DNA from: an uncultured Blautia sp.
GTDB taxonomy: Bacteria > Bacillota > Clostridia > Lachnospirales > Lachnospiraceae
DNA: 64,000 nucleotides
Direction: 5' to 3'
Assembly (NCBI GenBank): GCA_958367245.1
Contig: CATXEA010000003.1
Coordinates: 20,331-84,330, forward strand
Part shown: positions 26,315 to 36,683 of the stretch, one piece after another
How positions within the stretch are numbered: the stretch's first letter is position 1
Layout of the letters: each line of letters starts with the position of its first letter
Translations under genes and position numbers: made by a program
The notes under the pieces: generated by a model
The model's input: the letters and a program-made list of their open reading frames with translations, nothing else
Database searches by the model: none
What the model was told of the DNA's origin: nothing

Positions 26315-28537
26315 TTGAGCAGTAAAAGAAAAAATTACAGAAAACCAAAGAGAAAAATTAATTATGGAATGCGAAAGAAGCTGGTAATACTGTTTACATT
26401 TGTATTACTGGCTTTAGTCGGTTTGCTGGTAAGAATTACTTTTATTAATGCGACCAGCGGAAATAAATACAAAAAACAGGTATTAAGTCAGGCGCAGCAG
26501 AGATACGAGAGCCGCGTCCTCCCTGCAAAAAGGGGAGATATCTACGACAGAAATGGGAATCTGTTGGCAACCAGTAATAAGGTTTACAATGTGATTCTGG
26601 ATTGTAAGGCTGTCAATTCCGATAAAGATTATGTGGAGCCGACTATCAGGGCTCTTGTAGAGATTCTGGGACTTGATGAAGAAGATATCAGAGACAGACT
26701 TTCTGATACAAGAACCATGAACAGTCAGTATCAGATTTTGAAGAAGCAGCTTTCCATGGATGAGAAGAAGAGCTTCGAAGAATACTGCACAGTGGAGGAG
26801 GATTCCAGTCTGACAGAGAGTCAGATTAAGGAGCGGAGCAACGTAAAGGGAGTCTGGTTTGAGGAAGACTATCTGAGAAGCTATCCGTTCAATGAAGCTG
26901 CCTGTGACACTATTGGCTTTACATTTGCCAGAGATGTGGCAGACTGGGGGCTTGAAGGATATTATAACAGTACCCTCACCGGTGTGGACGGAAGACAGTA
27001 CGGATATTTCAACAATAATTCTGATGTTGAGCAGACAATTATAGCTCCGACGAATGGAAAGAGCATTGAGACGACTATTGATATCGGCGCGCAGCAGATT
27101 GTGGAGAGCTGGGTCAATGCTTTTAACGACTGGATGGGGGCGAAGCACGTGGGAGTCATTGTGGAGGACCCGAATACAGGAGAAATCCTTGCTATGGACG
27201 GAGGAGACCGCTATGACCTGAATCAGCCGCGCGATATGTCCAGAGTACATACAAAAGAAGAAATAAAGGCGATGAACGATGCGGAAACTGTGGAAGCTTT
27301 AAGCGCCATGTGGAGCAATTACTGTGTGACAGACGCATTTGAGCCGGGTTCCACTGTGAAACCGATTGTAATGGCTTCTGCTTTGGAAAAGGGAGCAATC
27401 AAAGAAGCGGATACCTTTGTCTGCGACGGTAGTCAGGTTTTCGGTGTAAATGCAGAAACACTTATTAAATGTGCCGCATATCCGAATTCCCACGGCTCGG
27501 AAACTCTGGGCGAAGTAATTGCCAATTCCTGCAATGACGGTATGATGCAGATTGCAGAAAAAATGGGAGCAGAACAGTTCATCAAAACACAGAGCGTCTT
27601 TAATTTCGGAACAAGAACCGGTATTGACCTTCCGAATGAGGGAGCCGGAATTATCCATACTACAGATACTATGGGACAGACAGAGCTTGCATGTTCCGCT
27701 TTCGGACAGGGTTTTACCTGTACCATGATTCAGGAAATCAATGCCATGTGTTCTGTAATTAACGGCGGTTATTACTACCAGCCTCATCTTGTGAAGACAA
27801 TTAAGGACAGCCACGGCGGCATTGTGAAATCAATAGAACCGACTCTTCTGAAGCAGACGATCTCATCAGGAATTTCCAGCGATATCAGAAGCTATATGGA
27901 GCTGAGCGTGAAACAGGGTACAAGCCGTACGTCCAAGGTTCAGGGCTACAGCTCAGGCGGGAAGACGGGAACAGCGGAGAAATATCCGCGAGGAAATAAG
28001 AAATATCTGGTATCCTTTATTGGATTTGCTCCGGTGGAACGTCCTCAGGTGGTAATTTATGTTGTAGTGGATGAGCCTAACGTAGAAGATCAGGCGAACA
28101 GTACCTATGCCCAGTTTATTGCGCAGGGGATTCTTTCCCAGCTTCTTCCGTATCTGAATATCATTCCTGATGAAGCAGTAGACGGAGAGGTGCCTGAGAC
28201 AATTCTTGCAGAAGACCTTGCGAAGCATCTGGTAAGTACCCCTGGAAGCCAGATTGATGAAAATGGAAATCTGGTGGATTCTGCCGGAAACCTGATTGAC
28301 TGGGAAGGAAACCGTATTGATAAAGAAGGCTACCTTCTGGATAAAGAAGGAAACTATGTTATTGATGAGAACGGAAATTATAAGATGTCTGAATACTTAA
28401 ACGGAAGCGCAGATATGCTTCCGGAGGCTGTTTCAGACCCGAATGTTCCGGAACCTCTGGAGGACGATTCCGACCCGATTCAGGGAAATGATATGGAAAG
28501 TGAAGGACTTACCAACGAAGAGGCAGGTCTGGAATAA
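26315..28537 (+). CDS. Class B penicillin-binding protein (FtsI/SpoVD-type transpeptidase) with repetitive acidic C-terminal tail
   Basis: SxxK (STVK), SxN (SCN), KTG (KTGT) motifs; TTG start with SD AGGTGAG; N-terminal basic+TM anchor. Confidence 0.85.
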   Translation: MSSKRKNYRKPKRKINYGMRKKLVILFTFVLLALVGLLVRITFINATSGNKYKKQVLSQAQQRYESRVLPAKRGDIYDRNGNLLATSNKVYNVILDCKAVNSDKDYVEPTIRALVEILGLDEEDIRDRLSDTRTMNSQYQILKKQLSMDEKKSFEEYCTVEEDSSLTESQIKERSNVKGVWFEEDYLRSYPFNEAACDTIGFTFARDVADWGLEGYYNSTLTGVDGRQYGYFNNNSDVEQTIIAPTNGKSIETTIDIGAQQIVESWVNAFNDWMGAKHVGVIVEDPNTGEILAMDGGDRYDLNQPRDMSRVHTKEEIKAMNDAETVEALSAMWSNYCVTDAFEPGSTVKPIVMASALEKGAIKEADTFVCDGSQVFGVNAETLIKCAAYPNSHGSETLGEVIANSCNDGMMQIAEKMGAEQFIKTQSVFNFGTRTGIDLPNEGAGIIHTTDTMGQTELACSAFGQGFTCTMIQEINAMCSVINGGYYYQPHLVKTIKDSHGGIVKSIEPTLLKQTISSGISSDIRSYMELSVKQGTSRTSKVQGYSSGGKTGTAEKYPRGNKKYLVSFIGFAPVERPQVVIYVVVDEPNVEDQANSTYAQFIAQGILSQLLPYLNIIPDEAVDGEVPETILAEDLAKHLVSTPGSQIDENGNLVDSAGNLIDWEGNRIDKEGYLLDKEGNYVIDENGNYKMSEYLNGSADMLPEAVSDPNVPEPLEDDSDPIQGNDMESEGLTNEEAGLE

Positions 28538-28615
28538 CGTAACAGTATAAGCAAATGAATACCCCCGCATGGGAAAAGCATATATTACTATGACTTTTCT
28601 CTGCGGGGAATTTTT

Positions 28616-30376
28616 ATGAAAAAAAATATGACCTATCACAAGAAAAAAATCTGGATTGTATTTATTTGCTGCTTTGGAATGCTCATGGGGCTGATCGGGA
28701 GGCTGACTTATCTTATGGGATTTCGCTCGGATTACTATTATGAGCGGGCGCAGGATCTCCATGAAAGAGAGCGAGATATCAAGGCAGCCAGAGGAGAAAT
28801 TCTGGATGCAAAGGGAAAGGTACTTGCCTCAAATAAGACAGTCTGCACTGTTTCCGTCATTCACAGCCAGATAAAGGAGCCGGAAAAAGTCATAGAAACT
28901 TTGTCGGAAAAGCTGGAAATGGAGGAAGCAGAGGTTCGAAAACGGGTGGAAAAGATTTCATCCATTGAAAGAATCAGGACAAATGTGGATAAAGCAGTGG
29001 GAGACAGCATCAGGGAAGAAAATCTGTCAGGAGTAAAGATTGATGAAGACTATAAGCGTTATTATCCGTACGGAAGCCTTGCCTCGAAGGTTCTTGGCTT
29101 TACAGGAGGAGATAATCAGGGAATCATAGGTCTTGAAGTAAAATACGAGGATGTTTTAAAGGGGATTCCCGGAAAAATCCTTACAACAACAGACGCAAGG
29201 GGAGTGGAGATTGACGGTATCGGAGAGACAAGGCAGGACCCTGTACCCGGAAATTCCCTGAAATTAAGCCTTGATGCAAATATTCAGGAATTTGTCCAGC
29301 AGGCGGCTTATAAGGTGATGGAAGAAAAGGAGGCGGAACGTGTTTCTGTTCTTCTTATGAATCCGCAGAACGGAGAAATTTATGCCTGCGTCAATGTACC
29401 GGAATTTGACCTGAATCATCCTTTTGACCTGAACTACGAAGCAGATACGTCTGCTCTTTCCGAAAAGCAGAAGCAGGAGCTTCTGAATCAGATGTGGAGG
29501 AATCCCTGTCTCAACGATACGTATGAGCCGGGGTCCACCTTTAAAATTATCACAATGTCTGCAGGGCTGGAGGAGGGAGTAGTGACGCCGGGGGATTCTT
29601 TTTACTGTTCCGGCTACAAAATTGTGGAGGACAGAAGAATCCGCTGTGCAAGGAGAGGAGGACATGGTTCCCAGACATTTGTTCAGGGAGCGCAGAACTC
29701 CTGTAATCCGGTATTTATTGAGGTGGGGCTTCGTCTTGGGGTGGAGAAATACTATGAATATTTCAAACAATTCGGACTTCTTACAAAGACGGGGGTAGAC
29801 CTGCCCGGAGAGGCAGGAACTATCATGCATAAAATGGAAAATATGGGAGATGTGGAGCTGGCAACTGTGGCATTCGGCCAGTCTTTCCAGATAACGCCCA
29901 TCCAGCTTGCGACAACAGTCAGTTCCCTTATAAACGGGGGGAAAAGGGTGACTCCCCACTTCGGCGTATCTGTTCTGAATGAAAACGGTACTATGGGCAA
30001 AAAAATATCCTATCCTGTGAAAAAAGGAATTGTTTCTGAGGAAACATCCGCAAAGGTAAGGGCAATACTGGAAACAGTGGTTTCCATTGGTTCCGGAAAA
30101 AATGCAAAGATTGACGGTTATGAAATCGGAGGAAAAACAGCGACTTCCCAGACTCTGCCCAGAAGCGCCAATCGTTATATCTCTTCTTTTCTCGGATTTG
30201 CTCCTGCAAAAGACCCTCAGATACTCGGAATCTGCATTATCCATAATCCTAAGGGAATCTATTACGGAGGAACAATAGCGGCGCCTGTGATCCGCAGTAT
30301 TTTCGACAATGTACTGCCCTATCTGGGAATTGAAAAAAGGGAAGAAATTATAACTCCGGTTCCCACTGAGGGTTGA
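28616..30376 (+). CDS. Class B penicillin-binding protein (second, PBP2B/FtsI-like transpeptidase)
   Basis: 586 aa; STFK, SCN, KTAT motifs; N-terminal TM anchor. Confidence 0.85.
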   Translation: MKKNMTYHKKKIWIVFICCFGMLMGLIGRLTYLMGFRSDYYYERAQDLHERERDIKAARGEILDAKGKVLASNKTVCTVSVIHSQIKEPEKVIETLSEKLEMEEAEVRKRVEKISSIERIRTNVDKAVGDSIREENLSGVKIDEDYKRYYPYGSLASKVLGFTGGDNQGIIGLEVKYEDVLKGIPGKILTTTDARGVEIDGIGETRQDPVPGNSLKLSLDANIQEFVQQAAYKVMEEKEAERVSVLLMNPQNGEIYACVNVPEFDLNHPFDLNYEADTSALSEKQKQELLNQMWRNPCLNDTYEPGSTFKIITMSAGLEEGVVTPGDSFYCSGYKIVEDRRIRCARRGGHGSQTFVQGAQNSCNPVFIEVGLRLGVEKYYEYFKQFGLLTKTGVDLPGEAGTIMHKMENMGDVELATVAFGQSFQITPIQLATTVSSLINGGKRVTPHFGVSVLNENGTMGKKISYPVKKGIVSEETSAKVRAILETVVSIGSGKNAKIDGYEIGGKTATSQTLPRSANRYISSFLGFAPAKDPQILGICIIHNPKGIYYGGTIAAPVIRSIFDNVLPYLGIEKREEIITPVPTEG

Positions 30377-30455
30377 TAAATGAGAGAAAAAGACGTATAC
30401 TTAAAGATGATTTTAAAACAAAAATAAAAACGAAAGAATTAAAAGAGGTGTGAGG

Positions 30456-31412
30456 ATGGACTCTAAAATTGTAATCCCCGTATTGATTTCCTTTGCAATC
30501 AGCGTTGCATTAGGACCGATTATCATTCCCTTTCTCAGAAAGCTGAAAATGGGACAGACAGAGAGAGTAGAAGGTGTGCAGTCTCATCTTAAAAAGGCAG
30601 GAACGCCTACTATGGGAGGCGTAATCTTCCTGATTGCCACAACTGTAACAGCTCTCCTATATATGAAAGATTACCCGAAGATTATTCCGGTATTGTTCCT
30701 GACTCTTGGGTTTGGAATTATTGGATTTCTGGACGACTATCTGAAGGTTGTGCTGAGACGTTCAGACGGACTTCTCCCATGGCAGAAGATGCTGCTGCAG
30801 ATTATCCTTACAGGAATATTCGTATTCTATATTATGAATTACACAGATATTTCTCTTACTATGATGATTCCTTTCTGGAAAGGGCATTATCTGAACCTTG
30901 GCTGGCTTGCTGTGCCTGTGCTTTTCTTTGCGGTAATCGGTACGGTAAACGGTACAAACTTTACAGACGGACTTGACGGACTTGCATCAAGCGTAACCCT
31001 GATTGTGGCTGTATTCTTTACCGTGGTTTCCATCGGAATGAAGTCAGGCATTGAGCCGATCACCTGCGCCGTAGTGGGAAGCCTTATGGGATTCCTTCTC
31101 TTTAACGTATATCCGGCGAAGGTATTCATGGGAGATACAGGATCTCTGGCTCTCGGTGGTTTTGTTGCAGGAACTGCTTATATGATGCAGATGCCGTTAT
31201 TTATCCTGATCGTGGGACTGATTTACTTTGTAGAGGTACTTTCTGTAATGATTCAGGTTACATATTTTAAAGTAACCCACGGAAAGCGTTTCTTCAAGAT
31301 GGCTCCGATCCATCACCATTTCGAACTCTGCGGATGGTCAGAGACACGTATTGTAGCGGTGTTCTCAGTGGTGACGGCAATTATGTGCATGATTGCATTT
31401 ATGGCTATGTAA
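30456..31412 (+). CDS. mraY: Phospho-N-acetylmuramoyl-pentapeptide transferase
   Basis: Polytopic membrane protein with DDxxK and NxxNxxDGxDGL motifs; SD AGAGGTG before ATG 30456 (GTG 30450 alternative). Confidence 0.9.
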   Translation: MDSKIVIPVLISFAISVALGPIIIPFLRKLKMGQTERVEGVQSHLKKAGTPTMGGVIFLIATTVTALLYMKDYPKIIPVLFLTLGFGIIGFLDDYLKVVLRRSDGLLPWQKMLLQIILTGIFVFYIMNYTDISLTMMIPFWKGHYLNLGWLAVPVLFFAVIGTVNGTNFTDGLDGLASSVTLIVAVFFTVVSIGMKSGIEPITCAVVGSLMGFLLFNVYPAKVFMGDTGSLALGGFVAGTAYMMQMPLFILIVGLIYFVEVLSVMIQVTYFKVTHGKRFFKMAPIHHHFELCGWSETRIVAVFSVVTAIMCMIAFMAM

Positions 31413-31439
31413 AGCCATAATGCAGGCAGGAGGTTTATT

Positions 31440-32795
31440 ATGGAATTACAGGGAAAAAAGGTTCTGGTATTCGGTTCCGGAAAAAGCGGAATCGGAGCTT
31501 CTGACCTTTTGGGCAAGGTTGGCGCATTTCCGATTATTTACGATGGAAATGCCAAGGTTGATAAAGAAGCAGTGATACATAAAACAGAAGGGACATACAG
31601 GCTGGAAGTTTATGCAGGAGAGCTTCCGAAGGAAGTTCAGGACAGTCTTGACCTGGTTGTTTTAAGCCCGGGTGTACCGGTGGATCTGCCGATTGTGAAA
31701 AGCTTCTACAAACAGGGACTTCCTGTATGGGGAGAAGTGGAGCTTGCTTACCGGACAGGTAAGGGAGAAGTTCTGGCTATCACGGGAACGAACGGAAAGA
31801 CTACGACGACAGCTCTTCTGGGCAAAATTATGTCAGATGCTAAAGATTCTGTCTTTGTGGTGGGAAATATCGGAACTCCGTATACATCCAGAGCGCTGGA
31901 GATGAAAGACAGCACAGTGACTGTGGCGGAAATCAGCAGCTTCCAGCTTGAAACGATTGAGAAATTCGCGCCAAAGGTAAGTGCGATTCTTAATATTACA
32001 GAAGACCACTTAAATCGTCATCATACTATGGAAGAGTATATCCGTGTGAAGGAGCTGATTACGAAAAATCAGGGGGCAGAGGATGTCTGTGTGCTGAATT
32101 ATGAGGACGAGGTGCTTCGCGCATTCGGTCAGAATCTTGTTCCGCGGGCAGTATATTTTTCCAGTGAACGAAAGCTTGAGGAAGGAATTTATCTTGACGG
32201 GGATTCCATTATCCTCAAAGACGGAGAACTGGAAACAGAGGTAGTGAAGACCGGAGAACTGAAGCTTCTGGGCAAGCATAACTTTGAGAATGTGATGGCT
32301 GCCGTTGCTATGGCATATTATGCAGGCGTGGACCTTGCGGATATCAGGAAAAGCATTTGTGAATTTACAGCCGTAGAGCACAGAATCGAATATGTAACAG
32401 AGAAAAATGGCGTTGTGTATTACAACGATTCCAAGGGAACGAATCCGGATGCAGCCATTAAGGGAATTCAGGCGATGAACCGCCCGACCTGGCTGATCGG
32501 CGGAGGATATGACAAGGAATCCTGCTACGATGAATGGATTGAGGCGTTTGACGGCAAGGTGCGTTGTCTTGTTCTTATTGGACAGACGAAAGAAAAAATA
32601 AAAGAAGCGGCAGAAAAGCACGGCTTCCATGATATTGTCCTTCTGGACAATTTAAAAGAGGCGGTTTCCTACTGTGGAGAACATGCAGTTTCCGGAGAGG
32701 CAGTGCTTCTTTCCCCTGCGTGCGCAAGTTGGGGACAGTTCGATAATTACGAACAGCGCGGAGATATGTTTAAAGAATATGTCCGCAATCTTTAA
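31440..32795 (+). CDS. murD: UDP-N-acetylmuramoylalanine--D-glutamate ligase
   Basis: 451 aa; Rossmann N-term GSGKSG, Mur ligase P-loop GTNGKTTT. Confidence 0.9.
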   Translation: MELQGKKVLVFGSGKSGIGASDLLGKVGAFPIIYDGNAKVDKEAVIHKTEGTYRLEVYAGELPKEVQDSLDLVVLSPGVPVDLPIVKSFYKQGLPVWGEVELAYRTGKGEVLAITGTNGKTTTTALLGKIMSDAKDSVFVVGNIGTPYTSRALEMKDSTVTVAEISSFQLETIEKFAPKVSAILNITEDHLNRHHTMEEYIRVKELITKNQGAEDVCVLNYEDEVLRAFGQNLVPRAVYFSSERKLEEGIYLDGDSIILKDGELETEVVKTGELKLLGKHNFENVMAAVAMAYYAGVDLADIRKSICEFTAVEHRIEYVTEKNGVVYYNDSKGTNPDAAIKGIQAMNRPTWLIGGGYDKESCYDEWIEAFDGKVRCLVLIGQTKEKIKEAAEKHGFHDIVLLDNLKEAVSYCGEHAVSGEAVLLSPACASWGQFDNYEQRGDMFKEYVRNL

Positions 32796-32859
32796 GGAAT
32801 ATCTGCACCGGGACTTCTCATATGCTTAAAAGAGGCTGAAGCAGGAGAGTGGGAAGACC

Positions 32860-33966
32860 GTGCCGGAAAAAAAGCGAAGAGATTCTTTTCAAAAAACAGA
32901 TATGACGATGCTGGTACTTGTACTGATGCTGGTGGTTTTTGGACTTACCGTTTTGTACAGCACCAGTGAATATAATGGCAGAGTACGTTTCCACGACTCT
33001 GCCTATTATTTTAAAAAACAGCTTTTTGCTACTGTTCTGGGAATTTTTGCCATGTACGCTGTATCTTTGGTAGATTATCATACCTTTATCAGAGCAGCCC
33101 CTGCTGCATACCTTCTTTCCATGGCGCTTTCCACAGCAGTTCTTCTGGTAGGACAGGAGATTAACGGTTCAAAAAGATGGCTGAATCTCGGACCGCTGTC
33201 TTTCCAGCCGTCGGAATTTGCCAAGGTGTCTGTAATTCTCTTCCTTGCATGGCAGATTGGAAGGAGCAGCGGCAAAACCTCAGGCTTCTGGTTTATGTGC
33301 AGGACAATGGCGACTCTTCTGCCTATTGTGGGGCTGGTCGGTTCAAATAATCTGAGCACTGCCATTATCATTCTCGGAATCGGAGTTGTTCTTATTTTTG
33401 TATCGAATTCCAGATATCTGCAGTTTATAGGGATGGGCGGAGCAGGAATCGCCTTTGTAGGAATTTTTCTTGCCATGGAAAGCTACCGTCTGGAACGCCT
33501 TGCCATTTGGAGGAATCCTGAGAAATATGAGAAAGGCTTCCAGACAATACAGGGACTTTATGCAATTGGAAGCGGCGGGATTTTCGGAAGAGGTCTGGGG
33601 AGCAGTCTGCAGAAGCTGGGATTTGTGCCTGAGGCGCAGAATGATATGATTTTTTCGATTATCTGCGAGGAACTGGGGCTGGCAGGGGCAGCGGTTCTCA
33701 TTCTTGTTTTCGGACTTTTGCTCTGGAGGCTTTGCGTTGCCGCGATGCACAGTCCGGATCTTGAGGGGGCGCTGATATGCGCCGGAATTATGGCGCACCT
33801 TGCGATTCAGGTGATTCTCAATATTGCAGTTGTGACAAATACCATACCGAATACAGGGATTACCCTGCCGTTTGTAAGCTATGGGGGAACTTCCGTTGTA
33901 TTCCTTCTGGGGGAAATGGGGCTTGCCCTGTCTGTGGGAAATCACAGGAAGCTTCCTCCTGCATAG
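32860..33966 (+). CDS. ftsW: SEDS-family peptidoglycan glycosyltransferase FtsW/SpoVE
   Basis: 368 aa; ~10 TM; conserved SEDS loop motifs; GTG start. Confidence 0.85.
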   Translation: MPEKKRRDSFQKTDMTMLVLVLMLVVFGLTVLYSTSEYNGRVRFHDSAYYFKKQLFATVLGIFAMYAVSLVDYHTFIRAAPAAYLLSMALSTAVLLVGQEINGSKRWLNLGPLSFQPSEFAKVSVILFLAWQIGRSSGKTSGFWFMCRTMATLLPIVGLVGSNNLSTAIIILGIGVVLIFVSNSRYLQFIGMGGAGIAFVGIFLAMESYRLERLAIWRNPEKYEKGFQTIQGLYAIGSGGIFGRGLGSSLQKLGFVPEAQNDMIFSIICEELGLAGAAVLILVFGLLLWRLCVAAMHSPDLEGALICAGIMAHLAIQVILNIAVVTNTIPNTGITLPFVSYGGTSVVFLLGEMGLALSVGNHRKLPPA

Positions 33967-33992
33967 AATAAACAGTAAGAAGGTCTTTAGGA

Positions 33993-35255
33993 GTGAGGGG
34001 ATTGAATGAAATCCGCATAACAGGCGGGAATTCCCTGCACGGGAGCGTTTCCATACAGGGAGCCAAAAATTCTGCGCTTCCAATGATGGCAGCGTCACTT
34101 TTACACAGGGGAATCAGCGTTCTGAAAGGCTGTCCCCGAATTGCCGATGTATTCTGTATGGAGGAAATTCTTCGGGAGCTTGGCGCTGTGACCTGGTGGG
34201 ATGACCATGATTTATATCTCGATTGTACAGAAGCGGATAAAACAGAGATTTCAGCAGGATATACAGAAAAAATGCGTTCATCTGTAATTCTTCTCGGTGT
34301 TCTTCTTGCCAGAAATAAAAAAGGCTGTATTGGTTATCCGGGCGGCTGTGTAATAGGACGTCGTCCTGTAGACCTTCATGTATCTGCCCTGAGAAGCCTT
34401 GGCGCCCGGATTACAGAGGGCGGTTTTTTCATTTACGGAGAATGTGACAGTCTGAAAGGAAACAGGATTGTTTTTGGTAAATCCAGTGTGGGAGCGACAG
34501 AGCAGGCGGTTCTTGCTGCTGTGACTGCGAAGGGGGAAACGCTTCTTGAAAATTGTGCAAGAGAGCCGGAAATCCTGTGGCTGTGCAGATATCTGAAAAC
34601 TATGGGAGCCAGCATACAGGGGGAGGGAAGCTCTGTTATAAGGATACAGGGAGTAAAAGAACTGTCGGGAGGGGAGATGAGAGTTCCTCCTGACAGAATT
34701 GTTGCGGGAACCTATATATGCGCGGCAGCCATTACGAGAAGTGAAATTACGATTGAAAATGCGCCGATAGAGGAGATGGAGGCATTCCTTAAGGTATATG
34801 AGAAAATGGGTGGACAATATGAAGGTAAAAGTGGTAAACTAAGGGTCAACGGAAAATTCGTCTGCCATCCAATCCGGTGCCTTGAAACAGAAGCGTATCC
34901 CGGATTTCCTACAGATTTGCAGTCGCCTGTTCTGGCAGTTCTTACGACAATACCGGGACAGAGCCATATTAAAGAGAGCATTTTCGAAGACAGGTTCAGA
35001 GCGGCTAAGGAGCTGGTGCGCATGGGGGCGCATATAGAGGTAAAAGGAGCAGAAGCCCGTATTGACGGAGGATATCCTCTCACAGGCTGCAGGGTAAGGG
35101 CTGACGAATTACGTGGAGGGGCTGCGCTTGTACTTGCCGCAATTGCCGCGCAGGGAGAAACACGCATTGCAGGCGCAGGTTTCATCAGACGGGGATATGA
35201 GCATATTTGTGAAGACTTGAAGGCTTTGGGCTGTCAGGAAATCAGGGAAGAATAG
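33993..35255 (+). CDS. murA: UDP-N-acetylglucosamine 1-carboxyvinyltransferase
   Basis: 420 aa; ITGG..L.G.V.IQGAKNSALP N-terminus and catalytic Cys region CVIGRRPVDLH; start GTG 33993 or TTG 34002. Confidence 0.85.
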   Translation: MRGLNEIRITGGNSLHGSVSIQGAKNSALPMMAASLLHRGISVLKGCPRIADVFCMEEILRELGAVTWWDDHDLYLDCTEADKTEISAGYTEKMRSSVILLGVLLARNKKGCIGYPGGCVIGRRPVDLHVSALRSLGARITEGGFFIYGECDSLKGNRIVFGKSSVGATEQAVLAAVTAKGETLLENCAREPEILWLCRYLKTMGASIQGEGSSVIRIQGVKELSGGEMRVPPDRIVAGTYICAAAITRSEITIENAPIEEMEAFLKVYEKMGGQYEGKSGKLRVNGKFVCHPIRCLETEAYPGFPTDLQSPVLAVLTTIPGQSHIKESIFEDRFRAAKELVRMGAHIEVKGAEARIDGGYPLTGCRVRADELRGGAALVLAAIAAQGETRIAGAGFIRRGYEHICEDLKALGCQEIREE

Positions 35256-35295
35256 ATAGGCAGACCCATGAAAAAAGACACAGGAATAAATATTT

Positions 35296-36576
35296 ATGAA
35301 AAAATCCAATTACCGTAAAAACAAGATATTTGCTGAAATCAGCAGTAAAACATGGAAAATCATACTGGGCGCTCTGGGAGCAGGACTTATTCTGGGAGCA
35401 GCAGCCTTTTTTACGTATTTCAGAGTAGAACGGGTAGAGGTGATGGGGTGCAGCCATTACACCCAGGATGAAATAAAAGAGAAAGTATTGAGAGGCCCGC
35501 TGGCGTCCAATTCCGTTCTGGCGCCTCTTTTTTATACAAAGAAAGAGGTGTCCGGAATACCTCTCGTGTCCGGATATACAGTGACCAGGATTAACAGGAA
35601 TACTATCTGCATCAGTGTAAAAGAAAAAAGACCTGTAGGCTGTATTCCTTTTCTTGGAAATTATATCTATTTTGACAGAAACGGTTACTTCGTTCACGGG
35701 TCAGGAGAGCGGGATGAGTCTGTTCCCTATTTCGACGGAATTGAGGTAAAGAAGGTTGTTCTGAACGAGAAGCTGCCGATTAAGGGGAAAACAGTTCTGA
35801 ATACTGCTGTGGCTCTGTCTACGATTTTTAAGAAAAATGAAACAATTCCGGATCACATCCGTTTCGATGAGAACTATAATATCAGTCTGGAATACGGAAA
35901 TATCACAGTTTCTCTTGGAAGAGACGAGAATCTGGAAGAAAAGATGTCAAGAGTTGTCGCGATTATGCCCAAGATACAGGGGATGTCGGGAATTCTTCAT
36001 ATGGAAAATATCAGCACCAATGGAAATACCTTTGAGGCAGAGCAGGAAGAGATTACTGCTGAGAACTGGAACGGCGGTTACGATGAAAACGGCGAATACA
36101 CAGGATACGGCGAGTATGACGAGAACGGAAACCATGTAGGTCCCAAGCCTATGACAGACCTTGATTATGCAATTCAGGCGTGGAAGGGCGGTTATGACGG
36201 CGAAGGCGATTATACAGGAGCCGGAGAATACGACGAATACGGAAATTATACAGGACCGAAGCCTACACAGGAGCTTATTGATTCTTTTGGAGACTGGAAA
36301 GGCGGCTATCTTGAAGACGGAAGCTTCGTGGGATACGGAGAACTGGATAAGGACGGCAATTATGTAGGCCCTAATCCAAATACCGAAGGTTCAGAAACAG
36401 AGGATTCAGGAGACTCCTACAATGACGGGGGTTACGGTGAGGGCTATGGAGACGGCTACAGTTCCGGAGACGGCTATAGTTCAGGAGACGGTTATAGCTC
36501 AGGAGACGGCTATGACGGAGCGTATGGAGAGGGCTACGGCGATGGTTATGACGGAAGCTATGACCAGGGATATTAG
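35296..36576 (+). CDS. ftsQ: FtsQ/DivIB-like division protein (TM + POTRA) with ~170-aa C-terminal Gly/Tyr/Asp/Glu repeat tail
   Basis: Position immediately upstream of ftsZ; N-terminal basic segment, TM, POTRA-like VERVEVMG; three ~35-aa repeats W[NK]GGY..GxY.GxGEYDxxGN.VGP.P and GDGYSS x3. Confidence 0.6.
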   Translation: MKKSNYRKNKIFAEISSKTWKIILGALGAGLILGAAAFFTYFRVERVEVMGCSHYTQDEIKEKVLRGPLASNSVLAPLFYTKKEVSGIPLVSGYTVTRINRNTICISVKEKRPVGCIPFLGNYIYFDRNGYFVHGSGERDESVPYFDGIEVKKVVLNEKLPIKGKTVLNTAVALSTIFKKNETIPDHIRFDENYNISLEYGNITVSLGRDENLEEKMSRVVAIMPKIQGMSGILHMENISTNGNTFEAEQEEITAENWNGGYDENGEYTGYGEYDENGNHVGPKPMTDLDYAIQAWKGGYDGEGDYTGAGEYDEYGNYTGPKPTQELIDSFGDWKGGYLEDGSFVGYGELDKDGNYVGPNPNTEGSETEDSGDSYNDGGYGEGYGDGYSSGDGYSSGDGYSSGDGYDGAYGEGYGDGYDGSYDQGY

Positions 36577-36683
36577 AATGGAGCGCTTATCAGAAAACAG
36601 TTAAAAACCCTGTGAAAACTGCCGCTGTATCTGGAATGTGGCGAAAAATCGTGAAAAAAGTATAAAAAAATAAAATTAGTAGT

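Noticed and set aside
29264-30244. 326-aa minus-strand ORF
   Set aside because: Antisense to the second PBP gene, which has SxxK/SxN/KTG-type motifs; shadow ORF.
36422-36604. Small overlapping + strand ORFs (60-100 aa) within 35837-36604
   Set aside because: These are alternative frames of the GC-rich repeat tail of the FtsQ-like gene, with Met/Thr/Arg-rich artefactual translations.
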